A stretch of DNA of 64,000 nucleotides from Naegleria gruberi (taxonomy: Eukaryota), in assembly GCA_000004985.1 (NCBI GenBank), contig GG738927.1. One strand, written 5' to 3'. Made by a program: the position numbers and the translations under genes. The notes under the pieces were generated by a model that saw only the letters and a list, made by a program, of their open reading frames with translations, was not told where the DNA came from and did no database searches. Each line of letters begins with the position of its first letter. Position 1 is the stretch's first letter. This document shows positions 1 to 11,530 of this stretch, piece after piece.

Positions 1-257
1 CTCCAGGTTTATCAATATCTCTTCCAACTTTCTATGAGAAATTGAAAGGAAATTTGAGAACATTGGAGCAAGGAGCTGATTGTCAACTCTATTTGGCTGT
101 CAGTGATGAAGTGAAGGAATCTACAGGTCTCTTTTTCGAAGATCGTAAACCTGTCACTCCTCATTTCACTCTCGCCTTTACTCAAGAATCAGAACAAGAA
201 CGTAAAGAACTCATCAAGAAGTGTGACTCCATTATCCAAGACTTGATGCTCAAATAA
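1..257 (+). CDS. 3'-terminal exon of a short-chain dehydrogenase/reductase (retinol-dehydrogenase-like) gene; 5' part lies outside the window
   Basis: Frame 3 is open from base 3 to the TAA at 255-257. The translation ...FYEKLKGNLRTLEQGADCQLYLAVSDEVKESTGLFFEDRKPVTP... matches the C-terminal segment of SDR-family retinol dehydrogenases (GA.T.LYLA ... G.YF.D motif region). Confidence 0.5.
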   Translation, partial: PGLSISLPTFYEKLKGNLRTLEQGADCQLYLAVSDEVKESTGLFFEDRKPVTPHFTLAFTQESEQERKELIKKCDSIIQDLMLK

Positions 258-514
258 ACTTGTACACAAAAGATCTTTTATCAGTTCATTATCTCAATAT
301 CTTATCTGCATGCGGCAGCACGAACCACCCTCCACGGAGTTGGGATAAACTGAGGAGGATGGAATAATGCAGTATCGAAAAACAGTTCTGCTCCACTACC
401 TATTCAATATTTCAAAAAGGGTATTGCACCATTCTCTCCACCATGATTCTTCATCATTAAAAAAAAAAGCAAAGACCTGTCATCATCACCTTGCTCTCTT
501 TAAAAACAGATCCA

Positions 515-1852
515 ATGCCAACCTGGAAAGAAAAAGCCAAAATATATTGGAGGTGAGTGTGTTTATAATATCTTTAAATATTTATTGGATTTTTATTCTA
601 AACATACGATGTGAATGTTGTGAAATGATAAAAGACATCCCGATATTCACGTCTACTGGAGAGCCATCCTTGCCGAATTGCTTGGAACCGCAATTGTAAG
701 TTATCAACTCGTTGAATTTTAATGGGAGAGAAAATTGATGAAAATCATGCAACTACAACCATGATGGGGTTGTGAATTAAATGATGCCCTTCTTGTAATC
801 TTCAAAAAATTGCATTTTCATTGCACTGCTACCAATGACTTATAGTTTGTCTTTCTGGGTACTTCGAGTGCTGTGTTTGCCAATAAGAATGAACCAGTAA
901 CTGTGGCATTGGGACATATTTTCGGATTGTTGGTGTGTATTCACATTTTCGGTCCAATTTCTGGAGCTCACTTTAATTGTGCAGGTTAGTAGTTGTGGGA
1001 TTTATGGATTTATTGATTTGGTTTTTGTTTAATGTTTGATGTGTAATTATTGTGTGAAATAATGAATAATGGATATTTATGGAAATTAATAGTTACTTTT
1101 GGAGCCCTTATTACAAGAAATATTGGTCTTGTATCTGGTATTGTGTATATGATTGCTCAAATTGTTGGAAGTATTGTTGGAGCTGCATTGACCACCTTAA
1201 TTGGTAAAACTGTTGTTCCAGGAATTTTCAAACCACCAGAAGATATTGATGATGCCTGGAGAGGATTTGCATTGGAAATTATCTTGACATTTGTTTTGGT
1301 TTTGGCTATATTTGGTGCTGCTGTCAAACCTCAACATTTCAAGAAATCTAATGGACTTCACTCAATTACTGGTTTGATTGCTGCCTTCCCCATTGCATTT
1401 GCTTTAGGAGCTGGTAAGTATTTGAATAATTTCAATAGTGATGGAATTTAATTTCTAAAGATGCTATGGCTGGTGCCTTAACTGGAGCTTCAATGAATCC
1501 TGCAAGAGCTTTTGTAAGTTTTCACACAAATTTCACAATTTACAAAATTTCCTTAACTTGAATTATTGAAATATTTGCTCAATTTTAACATTTACGAAAA
1601 CAACAGGGTCCACAAGTTGTTGGAGGTGTTTGGTATGCTCATTCATGGATCTATTATACAGCACCATTTATTGGAGCTGCCCTTGGAGCAATTGTTTATG
1701 AATTCTTACTTACCAAACCAAAGAAATTACAACACTACACTTCACTTTTACATATTAATACAAATTATGATGATTCAGATGATGAAAAGGATCAAGAAGA
1801 AGATCTTAGAAGCCAACAAAGCAATGCCTTATTATATACCACTAATCATTAA
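515..1852 (+). CDS. Aquaporin (MIP family) gene of about 285 aa, reconstructed as 6 exons: ~515-552, ~635-695, ~846-984, 1093-1413, 1461-~1513, 1607-1852
   Basis: Exon translations join in frame across GTGAGT/GTAAGT/GTTAGT donors and AG acceptors: ...YWRAILAELLGTAI | FVFLGTSSAVF...ISGAHFNCA | VTFGALITRNIGLVSGIVYMIAQIVGSIVGAAL... | DAMAGALTGASMNPARAF | GPQVVGGVWYAHSWIYYTAPFIGAALGAIVYEF...*. The first NPA box reads NCA, an N-C-A variant; the second NPA box (NPARAF) is canonical. Exon phases are consistent throughout (38+61 nt; 139 nt; 321 nt; 53 nt; 246 nt). The first exon and its ATG at 515 are the least certain part; the ORF-track ORF at 367-699 is in the wrong frame. Confidence 0.75.
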
Positions 1853-2645
1853 GAATTTTATTAGAGAAATAACAATTTTGGTGTGACATGTTAGTGTCAA
1901 CATTGGAAATTCAATGATTGAAATAAAAAATACTATATATGAATTATTTGAATCATTCATGATACTTTTCTTTCACCAATAACTTCAAGTGAAAGTCTGA
2001 AAATTATCACCTTGAAGTTTTTGATCAACAAGTTGTAAAATTTTCAAACTCAAAAACACAAGTGTTTCAATAAGTCTAACGATCATCTATTTGGTAACTG
2101 CCATTTCACCACATTCATATGTTAAAGAGAGAGAGATACCTTCTTGTTCCTCCAAGATGAGGACTATCATTAATGGGTACCTTTAAGGTAAATTACATTA
2201 CACCTTTCATTACCCATATCACAATACAGTTGGTTATAGACGTTATGAGATTGTTCCTTCTCATTAAACGACGTAGTGATTGTTGTCGCATCTCAGAGAT
2301 CTCACAACACCTCATCTTAATGAAACGCGAAAGTTTCAAGAGCACAATCCTCAGAGATCCTCAATCACATGAAGAGAGCGTTTCGTACTGATGGATTATT
2401 AAGGTAAGCAAACTTGGTAAAATTCTTACTGTTACTACATCAAACGAGATGGCTGCCCATTAGGAAGTCCTAACTTGCACATCTTTTTCCAAAGAGTGAG
2501 TCCGTTGTTTTCTTGAAGGGAACAATAGAATCTCTTTCCAAGTGGGAACATGTTGCTGTTGTGGAGAATTGAGACAACAATGCTCCACTAGAGGTGTACT
2601 GAGTTTGGCTGGCTTGCTCTCTATTCCCACACCACTCAAAACAAA

Positions 2646-3161
2646 ATGACTCTACAAGAGCCACAAGAAGAGAGCCAAATCACTTTTACACACACTCAAT
2701 TACCATCGATGATGAACCATGCTGCAAACAGCAGTGGAATACAATTGAGGTTAGATATTGAGGATCTGTTAAGGGAGTATGTAGCCTTAATGCAGGCATC
2801 TGCTCCAATTGCTTCTACTAATTCTACCATGGAACAGTTCTTCCACCAATCGAACAGCCCTTCTCATCACAGTAATTTATCAAATGATATAGATAATGTG
2901 TATTACTGTAAAACAGTAAGCCCAAATAATTCTGTAAATGTCTCTGAACAGCAGGTTACCAATACTATTACACTTCAACAAGACATTGTTCAAGATCGTG
3001 AGCAACAAGCAAAGAAGGGAAATTCCAAAAGGAAAAGTTCCGTTGATGATAAGCCAAATTATTCCAAATCCAAGGTAGGCAAAACACGAAGAAGAAAGAG
3101 CAAACTTCCAGGTGAATCAGAATTTAAATTATGGACTTGGATTGGAGAGAAGAGTTTATAG
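2646..3161 (+). CDS. Hypothetical protein (171 aa) with a Lys/Arg-rich basic C-terminus; it may have upstream exons
   Basis: ATG-initiated ORF in A-rich context ending KRKSSVDDKPNYSKSKVGKTRRRKSK. No recognisable domain. It sits convergent to the next gene, with about 25 nt between the stop codons. Confidence 0.3.
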   Translation: MTLQEPQEESQITFTHTQLPSMMNHAANSSGIQLRLDIEDLLREYVALMQASAPIASTNSTMEQFFHQSNSPSHHSNLSNDIDNVYYCKTVSPNNSVNVSEQQVTNTITLQQDIVQDREQQAKKGNSKRKSSVDDKPNYSKSKVGKTRRRKSKLPGESEFKLWTWIGEKSL

Positions 3162-3185
3162 AGAGTGGTGTGAATTATTCTTCAT

Positions 3186-5561
3186 CTATTGCTGATTCCA
3201 TTTCCTCCAATAGCAAGTGAGTAGTGATGTAATGCAATAGGTAGAGATGGTATTTCTGAAAGATTGAATATTGGCTGTCTTGTGAGCTTCAAACTTTTCA
3301 TAGAGTTCAAACAGATTCTTAGATGGATAGTCATTTGGATCAATTAGCAAGTACTCTCTCAATTCTAAAATCTTTTCATTCAGTAATTCAATGAAAGTCT
3401 CATTGGAAATATCTGATTTGAAAATGTCAAAGATGGTGTGATATTTCTGTATTCTAAGGTTTTCGTTTTGATTTTGAAGGTCGTACATCCCTAATGAAAG
3501 AAGAGCCATGTTACAGATTACAAAATAAATAATTGAACTTACATTCATTCTCCTCTATTGCTGATTCTCTAATTAATTCATAAACAGAGGAAACTGTGTC
3601 AATGGTTGTGAGTTGACTCTTGAGATTATTCTGCATCATTGTCAAGAATTTCTTTCTTAATGGATCTGAATAGAACTCTTTCCACAGGTCGTGAAAGGAA
3701 GTACTTGTTCGATTCCTTAAAGGTTGATTCATCCACTAGAATGTTAATCTTCAATTGATTGGCCAATAAGCTCAAATTCTTTGCAATCACAGTTGACTCT
3801 GAAACAATTGAATAATATCTGAATGATCGTGTTCCCAAGTTTCCTACATGACAATTCTCATTCGTTGAAATTCCCATTGAAAAATTGAACGATTCCACCT
3901 TTTCTGAAGACAAATCTTGTTGAGTATTCAAAGCTTGGAATCCTCTCTTAACTTTAAGAGCAGTTACGGCAATGTGTTTATGTTCTCTTCCAGTATCGAA
4001 TACCAAAACATACTCTGATATGGAAACAACTTGTAAATTGGCTTGGAATTGTTGAGCTGCACTTCTAATGACAGATACTATTTTAGGGAATGTTATTGAA
4101 ATTTCCTCTATTGTGTGCATGTCAGTATATTGAGGGAGAGTAATATTCAAAACACTGCATTCCTTCTTGTTGAGACCCATCCTGAATAGAGAGCTGGTGC
4201 TTCCCTTAGAGGAGAGTGATGCTTGTCTCTTAATGAGACTTTTCGAATTGGAATGTTTGAAAGATGAATAGTTTGATCTATTATCTGATACGAAACCCTT
4301 AAATGACTGGTCTGCTGTTGATTTTGTGTCGATGGAATACTTTTCTGTGTTGGATATTGGTGCCTGTCCATGGTGGTGATTGATGAGGGATTTTCCATTG
4401 TTCAGCTCAATTAATTCCTTTTCAGTCTTTTCAATTTCGTCCAATTGATTAACAACAGTATCAGGGAGGAAACTCTTAATTTCCGATAGACATTTAACAG
4501 TGGCTGCCAAACTTTGATAAATACTTTCAATTTCAATAAACATTGAAGAGTTTCGTTTCACATTTGCCAAATCAAAAACTTGAATCAATGATAATTGTTT
4601 CTCCAAAAACAATATTGGTCTAATGGCTATTCGACTAAGTAAAATTCTATATAAAACACTAAACACCAAAATACCAAAAGCAACACAAATGGAAGCTATA
4701 ATACTATTGTGAGCTGTTTTGGAAATATCATCAGAATAGACAATAATAAACTGTCGCCATGCAATATTCTCATTGGTGTAATTAGAAACTGAAACAATAT
4801 AAGAAACACCTCCACTTGTAATTGAAAAGAAGGATGGCAAGTTATAAAAGTCATAGCTTACAGCAATTGACTTCATTAAAGCTCCTGCATTTCTATCTGT
4901 GAGATCAAAAACACTGAGGGCCTTCTTTCCATCCTCACTAGTTGTTCAAATACTTCCTGCAATAGTTGTTGGACCATTCATTTCAGTAAGAATTGTAACC
5001 TTGATCTAGAATTTTCACCTCCTTCAGAAAGTCAGAAAAGAGAATTAATGGAATTGTGCATCTGCAAATTCCTTGAATAATCTTACTTCCATTCATTCTC
5101 AAAATCAATGGATCGAATAAAGGAGTTGCATATGGAAGAGCAATACTTCCATTAATGATATAGAATGGAGATGAGAAAACTCCCTCAGTTTTCAATTTTT
5201 CAATATTTGTTAAGGTGTCCAATATTTCGTTTAGTAATTTGGATAAACGTTCTCCTTTTTGATTTCTTGATCTCGGTTCCAAATCTTCTGCTGATGTTGT
5301 AGATCTCTTTGTTGAGGTAGTTGTAATATTTGTGGATGTACATTCATTACATTGTAAACCAGCACTCTATTTAATTTCAATGGCTGGTTTTTTTGTTGAC
5401 TTTTTTGTTGTACGTGGATTAAATTCTGATGACTCATTGGACATTTCTGGTGAACTGTTACTGGCTCTATGAGTTTGACAATTTCTATATTTTTGAAAGT
5501 CTGTTTTGATTTTCTCGACTTGAATTGAGAGTTTGAATTGTTCGTATAATTTCTCTAACAT
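3186..5561 (-). CDS. Multi-exon receptor-like membrane protein with a degenerate class III nucleotidyl (adenylyl/guanylyl) cyclase homology domain
   Basis: Minus-strand ORFs at 5367-5561 (ATG at 5561), 4983-5282, 3626-4876 (416 aa), 3511-3732 and 3186-3548 lie collinear. The 416-aa block has a predicted TM helix (IIASICVAFGILVFSVLYRILL) followed by a segment with cyclase-domain architecture: CSVLNITLPQY ... SISEYVLVFDTG ... FSMGISTNENCHVGNLGTRSFRYYSIVSESTVIAKNLSLL ... ILVDES. The metal-binding Asp positions (F.DI.GFT and IGD.YM in active cyclases) read LNIT and ISEY here. Exon junctions are not resolved: two frames are open across 3626-3732. Confidence 0.45.
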
Positions 5562-5913
5562 CTCTAGACCATATGTTGTTCTTCTCTGGGTTTTATCTTG
5601 TTGTTACATTTCTGATAACAAATTCGATCAACGGAGGAATTTATTATTTATTCAATAACTAGTGATTTGTAAAGAAATGTAATGCAGGATTGTAATATAT
5701 ACATCTCATAGGATATTCTCTCTTCGAATGATATCTCCAGAGTGGTAGCATTCCCTGGGAGAGGTTCTCAAACATTAACAATTTACTTCGTATGTCGGCA
5801 AGAAATTTTAAAAAGTTGGACCAAAAATTTTTATTTTACAAAATTTCCTTTTATTGCGAGCTACAGTGCCACCTTAATTCCGTTTGGCGCTAATAAAAAT
5901 CTGATTAAAAAAA

Positions 5914-6900
5914 ATGGATACCACTGATGAACCAGAGTTCGTATTTGACAATGACTACATCCAGCATGTAGATATTGCCATGGACTACGCTGACAGCGGG
6001 GAGTGTATTTTTTCTGATAATGAAGGCAATCTTCAAGGAAGTATTCACTTAATCACTGAAAGTCATACAAGCAAAACTTTGAGCGGCAGTGTGAAGAAAG
6101 CCATTCAAACTTCCTCCCGATCTGTGTGCCGTCTCTATGTACTATACAAGTCAGATTGTAATAAGGGTATAAGATCATTTGGTACAGCTTTCTTTGTATC
6201 TGAGTCATTATTAATGACTGCCCAACATTGCATCAAGCCTTCTCATACAATAGATGGGGTCGTGTACTTCTTAAAAAGTACATACATTGATCTTTCCTGT
6301 TGTTCTAGAGACTCACAATTTGAAATTGATGACTCTAGTTTGATAAAGAAGGTGCAAATTGTAGATAGAAGCAATTTTGAGAAAGATATCCAACAATTGA
6401 AGATGCCTGGAAAGGATGTTCCATGGAAGACTAGCAACGACTTCGCATTTCTAGAACTTGACCAAAGGAACCTCACCACCCCCTTCATACCTGTTGAAAC
6501 AACATTAGAGGGTAATCAGTGTTATGTTATTGGGTATCCCGGCACTATTTCTATTGAAAAATTCAAAAAGGATTATTGCAGAGATTTAGATGATACCAAA
6601 TCTAACCAATTGTGGGGAAAAGTTCAGCGTGAAATGGGCTATTTTGAATGCAAAATTGCCAGCCAAGGAACGTTTCAAGTTAAAACTGGAGATTATTTGT
6701 ACACACATAATTGTCCTACTTTGTGTGGAACAAGCGGTGCTCCGGTTGTAAATGAAAATGGGAAGTTAATTGGAATTCATGTGGGTGGAGACTATGCATT
6801 ACACAATAATTTCTGGATAACTATTTCCAATCAACATTTGAAGAGTGCTCTCATTTCTATGAAAGTTTGTTCTGATCAATCCTTTGTATCGCTCCAATAA
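5914..6900 (+). CDS. Trypsin-fold serine protease (S1 family, bacterial Trypsin_2 / glutamyl-endopeptidase-like), 328 aa, single exon
   Basis: Intron-less, ATG-initiated ORF. Catalytic triad contexts are present: LLMTAQHCI (His), NDFAFLEL (Asp), CGTSGAPVVNENGKLIGIHVGG (Ser). The last matches the GNSGSPV...VIGIHxGG pattern of staphylococcal V8/Spl-type proteases rather than the eukaryotic GDSGGP pattern. No N-terminal signal peptide is apparent (MDTTDEPEFVFDNDY...). Confidence 0.75.
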   Translation: MDTTDEPEFVFDNDYIQHVDIAMDYADSGECIFSDNEGNLQGSIHLITESHTSKTLSGSVKKAIQTSSRSVCRLYVLYKSDCNKGIRSFGTAFFVSESLLMTAQHCIKPSHTIDGVVYFLKSTYIDLSCCSRDSQFEIDDSSLIKKVQIVDRSNFEKDIQQLKMPGKDVPWKTSNDFAFLELDQRNLTTPFIPVETTLEGNQCYVIGYPGTISIEKFKKDYCRDLDDTKSNQLWGKVQREMGYFECKIASQGTFQVKTGDYLYTHNCPTLCGTSGAPVVNENGKLIGIHVGGDYALHNNFWITISNQHLKSALISMKVCSDQSFVSLQ

Positions 6901-7440
6901 TCACTAATCTAAGAATACAATTTTGTGGGCTGTGAACATGGTGTCATGCCAACAATCTAAAAGGTTCATTGATTTCTCTATGAAACTTTTAGAAGAATAG
7001 AACAAACAACAGAAACAATCAATTCTAGATCAGTTCACCAACTCTCAGTAATCCAGGTACTAACCTCCAGGAGGTCGAATAAAAGTGACATGACGAATGA
7101 GCGGGAAAGTTGCTCGCTCCTGAATATTTTGCTTTCTTTGTTTTCACTCTCCAGCTAAAAAATTTTCGTTAGACGGAAGGGTTAATAACATTATAATATG
7201 ACGCTGCTTTGGTTGATGCCTTAATTGCAAAGGGTGTTTGGTTGGCCTATTCAGGACGATAGAATCTTATCTGGACAAGCAAATAAAGACCAAATCAAAG
7301 GCGAATTATCGGACAATGCAACTATAATACAAATTAGTATTTAATTAAGGGCAATAAGTGAAGTACTTGAATTGTTCTCAATCAAGGTTCTTATTAAGAT
7401 GCATTAATGAAATCCGAAAATTCATTATTCTTGAATATTA

Positions 7441-9456
7441 TTATTGGTAGTGGAATTTGGTAGAAGAAGTGGGAATTACAGGAAGTTTGATTCTAGTTTC
7501 GGTACATTCGTGTGTAGAGAAATCTCTTCTCTTGATATCCTTGTGGCAAGAAGGACAATGAGTTTCATATTCTGAAAGATCAACTTGTTTGGCAACTTTA
7601 AGATCATATTCCAATTCATTTCCAGAGTGGCAGATTTGATTATGTTTGGAATAGTCGCATCTCTGTACGAGGCATCCACAATAGAGACAGATGATGCTCG
7701 AAGTTTTCAACCTGTTGGAAAGGTCTCTTCTCTGCTCTAGGATTTCATCAATTGATTGGGAATAGTCAATTGGCTTTACATTTTCGAGTGACTTATCCAT
7801 AAGTACTTGACTTTCTAACACTTGCAAGTCGACCTTATTTGCATATTTTGATTGCATGCTTTGCAGTGCTGGAGTGTGCTTTCTTGGCACGAGGCATACT
7901 TTTGCTGGTTTGGCATATCCAGACATAAACTCTAATAATTTATCCAATTCTGGGTTTTGTTCTCTGCAGTCGCCATATCCTCGAATACACAAACTCTTAA
8001 GGAATGAACGTCCTGCCCCGCCCTCTTTAAATACAAATAAAAGAGTCTCGATTAGTTTGGAACTCAATTCGCCATATGAAAAAGAACGAATGGATAGATC
8101 CAATTCCTCTAAGGTCTTTAAGGAATACAAGCTATTTTGCAACAAGTCAATATCATTTTCATTATCCACATGACATGAAAATAGCTTAATATTTGGGAAG
8201 TGTGTTATCCATCTATCTATTCTATTGGTAAAGAATGAACGTCCCTCCAATTTGAGTTCCAAAACATTTGGAAGTTCTTTCAGGTTTGGATCTGAGGTGA
8301 GGAATATTGGAGAGCTGTGTCTCATCAATGCAAAATCAAAGACACCGTCCAGATTTATGGACAGCTTCTTGACGCATTTGAATTTTGCTAAGAGTTCCAG
8401 AAAGGCCTTCGTCATTTCCACTGTATCAAAAATAGACAATGATTCTTCCCAATACGAATATTGAACTGTTCCAAGTGTAACTTCCAGCTCCTCCACAATA
8501 TTATTTGAGGTAGATGAGAGTTGATTCAACTGAGCTGCTTTGGTATAATTGAGATGAAGACTCAATTTCTTACAATTAGAAAGATTATTCAATTCAAAAA
8601 ACTTTGGTCCAATATACATTGATTCCAATACATTTGATGCAATACTATATTCAGTGTCATGATATAGATATTTGAGATTTTCAAATTCTGAAGTATTGGT
8701 AAGTAAAAAACCAGTGACATTGTCAAGGACTAGATTTTCCAACTTGTCCTTCACCCAATCAAAACACTGACAAAAAGGTTGATCAACCTTACATGTTTTC
8801 AATACTACTGTTTGTAAATTATCTTTACAAGCTTTGAATAAATTGCAAAATGCATTCGAATCAAAATTAAAATCCAACTTGATGAATGAACAATTGGTTG
8901 GATAGGATGTTTCCATTGAGAATGTTGGTTCTGTGAAATAGTTTGGCAAGTAGTTGACCACTCTTTGTGAAAATTCCTTCTTTCTTTGTTGATGAAGAGA
9001 TGGGAAATGAGTATTCCTTGGACGTGATGGAGCATACCTATCTAGATTAGCTTCCTGAATACTCCCATAGATGAATAGATTGAAAATCTTCATCCTATTA
9101 CTCTCCACAAACTTGTGCAAATACTTTACGAAGGGAATAATATCCTTCTCAATCATCATGTGTTTTTGATATTGCTCCTCCTTCTCACTACTAAATAAAT
9201 GATCAAAATCACCACCATACAAATCAATATTCGGATAGATGTGCAATGTATTAATTTGTTGAATGATAATTTCTCTCCATGATGAACACACCCGAGGAAT
9301 GATCATCATGATTGATCTAAAATCCAGATAGGATATGATTGAGTAGAGTACTTCTGGAGGAACCCTCGAATGAAACCAACCACCTGATCGTTGTTGCTCA
9401 TCTTCATCATTCTCTTCATGAATCGTTGTTCTTGTTATAGGAGATGAATTGAACAT
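7441..9456 (-). CDS. F-box protein with a C-terminal TRAF-type zinc finger (about 671 aa from the first ATG; the ORF track extends to 9480 with a non-ATG start)
   Basis: N-terminal F-box-like segment PPEVLYSIISYLDFRSIMMIIPRVCSSWREII. The long middle region resembles LRR-type F-box proteins. The C-terminus carries Cys/His clusters (CLYCGCLVQRCDYSKHNQICHSG ... HCPSCHKDIKRRDFSTHEC) typical of TRAF-type zinc fingers. Single exon. Confidence 0.65.
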   Translation of the reverse strand: MFNSSPITRTTIHEENDEDEQQRSGGWFHSRVPPEVLYSIISYLDFRSIMMIIPRVCSSWREIIIQQINTLHIYPNIDLYGGDFDHLFSSEKEEQYQKHMMIEKDIIPFVKYLHKFVESNRMKIFNLFIYGSIQEANLDRYAPSRPRNTHFPSLHQQRKKEFSQRVVNYLPNYFTEPTFSMETSYPTNCSFIKLDFNFDSNAFCNLFKACKDNLQTVVLKTCKVDQPFCQCFDWVKDKLENLVLDNVTGFLLTNTSEFENLKYLYHDTEYSIASNVLESMYIGPKFFELNNLSNCKKLSLHLNYTKAAQLNQLSSTSNNIVEELEVTLGTVQYSYWEESLSIFDTVEMTKAFLELLAKFKCVKKLSINLDGVFDFALMRHSSPIFLTSDPNLKELPNVLELKLEGRSFFTNRIDRWITHFPNIKLFSCHVDNENDIDLLQNSLYSLKTLEELDLSIRSFSYGELSSKLIETLLFVFKEGGAGRSFLKSLCIRGYGDCREQNPELDKLLEFMSGYAKPAKVCLVPRKHTPALQSMQSKYANKVDLQVLESQVLMDKSLENVKPIDYSQSIDEILEQRRDLSNRLKTSSIICLYCGCLVQRCDYSKHNQICHSGNELEYDLKVAKQVDLSEYETHCPSCHKDIKRRDFSTHECTETRIKLPVIPTSSTKFHYQ

Positions 9457-9949
9457 TTTTTTGATTCTGTCTTCAATCAATCAACTATTTAAATCCAACC
9501 ATTAACAACATCCATTGACTATCAGTTATCAGTTTTATGATCATTCCGATTCTGGTAAATTGTTTTCATCAAATCAAATCAATTAAAATTTTAATTACTT
9601 GAAATTCATCGATTAATTTTTTAAAATGTTGGCAACCACAATAAATGAGAGGAAAAGCAAAGAGTGAAATACAGAGAGAAAGGCGAGAGAGGAATTTGAT
9701 GTTTTGTTTTTGTTACAATTAACAGAACTTTGTTTGGAATGATGAGAAATGCTAAGCAGGTGCACAACAGAGGTCTACGATGATAGAGTGCGCTCAAAAC
9801 TACCAAGATCTGTCCTGACTCGATTTTTAACACTTTTTTATATTTCAAGTATGTCAATACTCAATTTCAAATCTTAGATCTTTCTGAATTAATTGAAATA
9901 AATTAAGGTTTATATATTTTACAATTGAAGATTGAGTTTGTACATGGGA

Positions 9950-11530
9950 TTAATCATTAGATCTACGCTTAGACATTGGTGAAATGAAGGATCTGAGAGC
10001 ATCAGCATTATTGGCTTGAGCAGGCTTTCTGTGATTGAGTGGAACATACTTTCTATGGTCAATACCAGTATAGACTTGCTTTGGTCTGAAAATCTTGACT
10101 TCAGGATCTTCCAAACTTTCAATCCAGTGAGCTAACCAACCAGCACATCTTGGAATGAGGAAAAGAACTGGATAATAGTCAGCTGGGAAACCTAAACACT
10201 TGTAAACCAAACCAGTGTAAAAGTCAACATTTGGATACAATTTACGTTCCTTAAAGTATGGATCATTGAGGGCAATTTGTTCGAGTTCAACAGCAATTTC
10301 AATCATTGGTTCCTTGCCCAAAACTTGGAAGACTTCATCGGCAACCTTCTTGACAATCTTGGCACGAGGGTCATATGAACGATAAATTCTGTGACCAAAG
10401 CCCATCAATTTCTTCTTTCTTTGTTTGACTTCTTCAATGAATTTTGGAATATTTTCCTTTGTTCCAATTTCTTCCAACATGTGAAGAACAGCTTCACAAG
10501 CACCACCGTGCAATGGACCATACAAGGCACCAGCTGTTAATTTACATTCCATTAAATTATTATAGAAATATTAAAATATATCATTTGATATTTTGATAAA
10601 TTACTTACATGCACCAGCAATTGAGGTGTATGGATCAACTCTACTACTGCTCAAGTGACGCATAGCAGCAGTGGAACAGTTCATTTCATGTTCTGCGTGA
10701 ATAATCCACAATTTTTCAAGAGCACGAGCAAGAACTGGATTTGGATGATAGTTGACTTCACTCAATCTGTCCAACATGTACAAGAAGTTACCAGTATAGT
10801 TAAGGTTATTGACAGGATTATTGTAAGGTTTACCAATTCTGTGACGATAAGCACTGGCAGCAATGGTTGGCAACTTTCCGAGAATACGATAAATTTGCTT
10901 AAATCTAAGTGAGTCAACCTTGACACAATCCTTATCAGCACCCTTCAAGAACAAATCAGATCCTTGGAGGGATGGATTAGCATCTTCATAGAAAGTACCC
11001 ATGGCAGCAATTGATGAAATAACCATTCCCATAGGGTGAGCATCATATCTAAATTGTTTCAACAAGGTGACCATGTTTTCGTGGAGATAGGAGTGTTTAG
11101 TAACTCTTTCTTCCCATAAATTCAATTGATTTCTATCTGGAAGTTCACCATTGATTAACAAGAAGGCAACTTCAAGGAATGATGATTTTTCGGCCAATTC
11201 TTCAATATCATATCCACGATAACGTAAAATACCTTTTTCACCATCAATATATGAAATACTACTTCTAGAAATGGCTGTATTCATAAATCCAGGATCCAAA
11301 CAAACAAGATCCAATTGTTCAAAAGCAACTGATCTGATGGCATTTCCTTCTTCTACATTAATTTTGATGATTTTTCCAGTCTTTGAATCCTTAACTTCAA
11401 GGAAACGTTTTTCACCAGGATTTGATGGAGCAGTAGCACTAGTCAAATTAGTGCTCAACATTTCTCCTCCAACAACTTGAGGCATCAAGTGTTGTTTAAT
11501 TGATTGCATTCTACGTTCAGCTGAAGACAT
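9950..11530 (-). CDS. Citrate synthase, 2 exons (11530-10609 and 10533-9950; intron about 75 nt with GTAAGT donor), about 501 aa; an N-terminal RMQSIKQHL nonapeptide resembles a PTS2 signal
   Basis: Exon 1 carries ...[26 protein letters not shown]... and exon 2 carries ...[23 protein letters not shown]...[18 protein letters not shown]...[10 protein letters not shown].... These are canonical eukaryotic citrate synthase motifs, including the GPLHGGA and GFGHRVY-type signatures. Exon 1 ends in phase 1 and the junction reads ...[16 protein letters not shown]. Residues 7-15 (RMQSIKQHL) fit the R-x-x-x-x-x-x-H-L spacing of PTS2 signals. Confidence 0.9.

Noticed and set aside
367-699. ORF-track ORF at 367-699 as the first exon of the aquaporin
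   Set aside because: The aquaporin signature (...WRAILAELLGTAI + GTAAGT) is in a different frame from this ORF over 624-695. The ORF track also uses non-ATG starts, so its M is not a reliable initiator.
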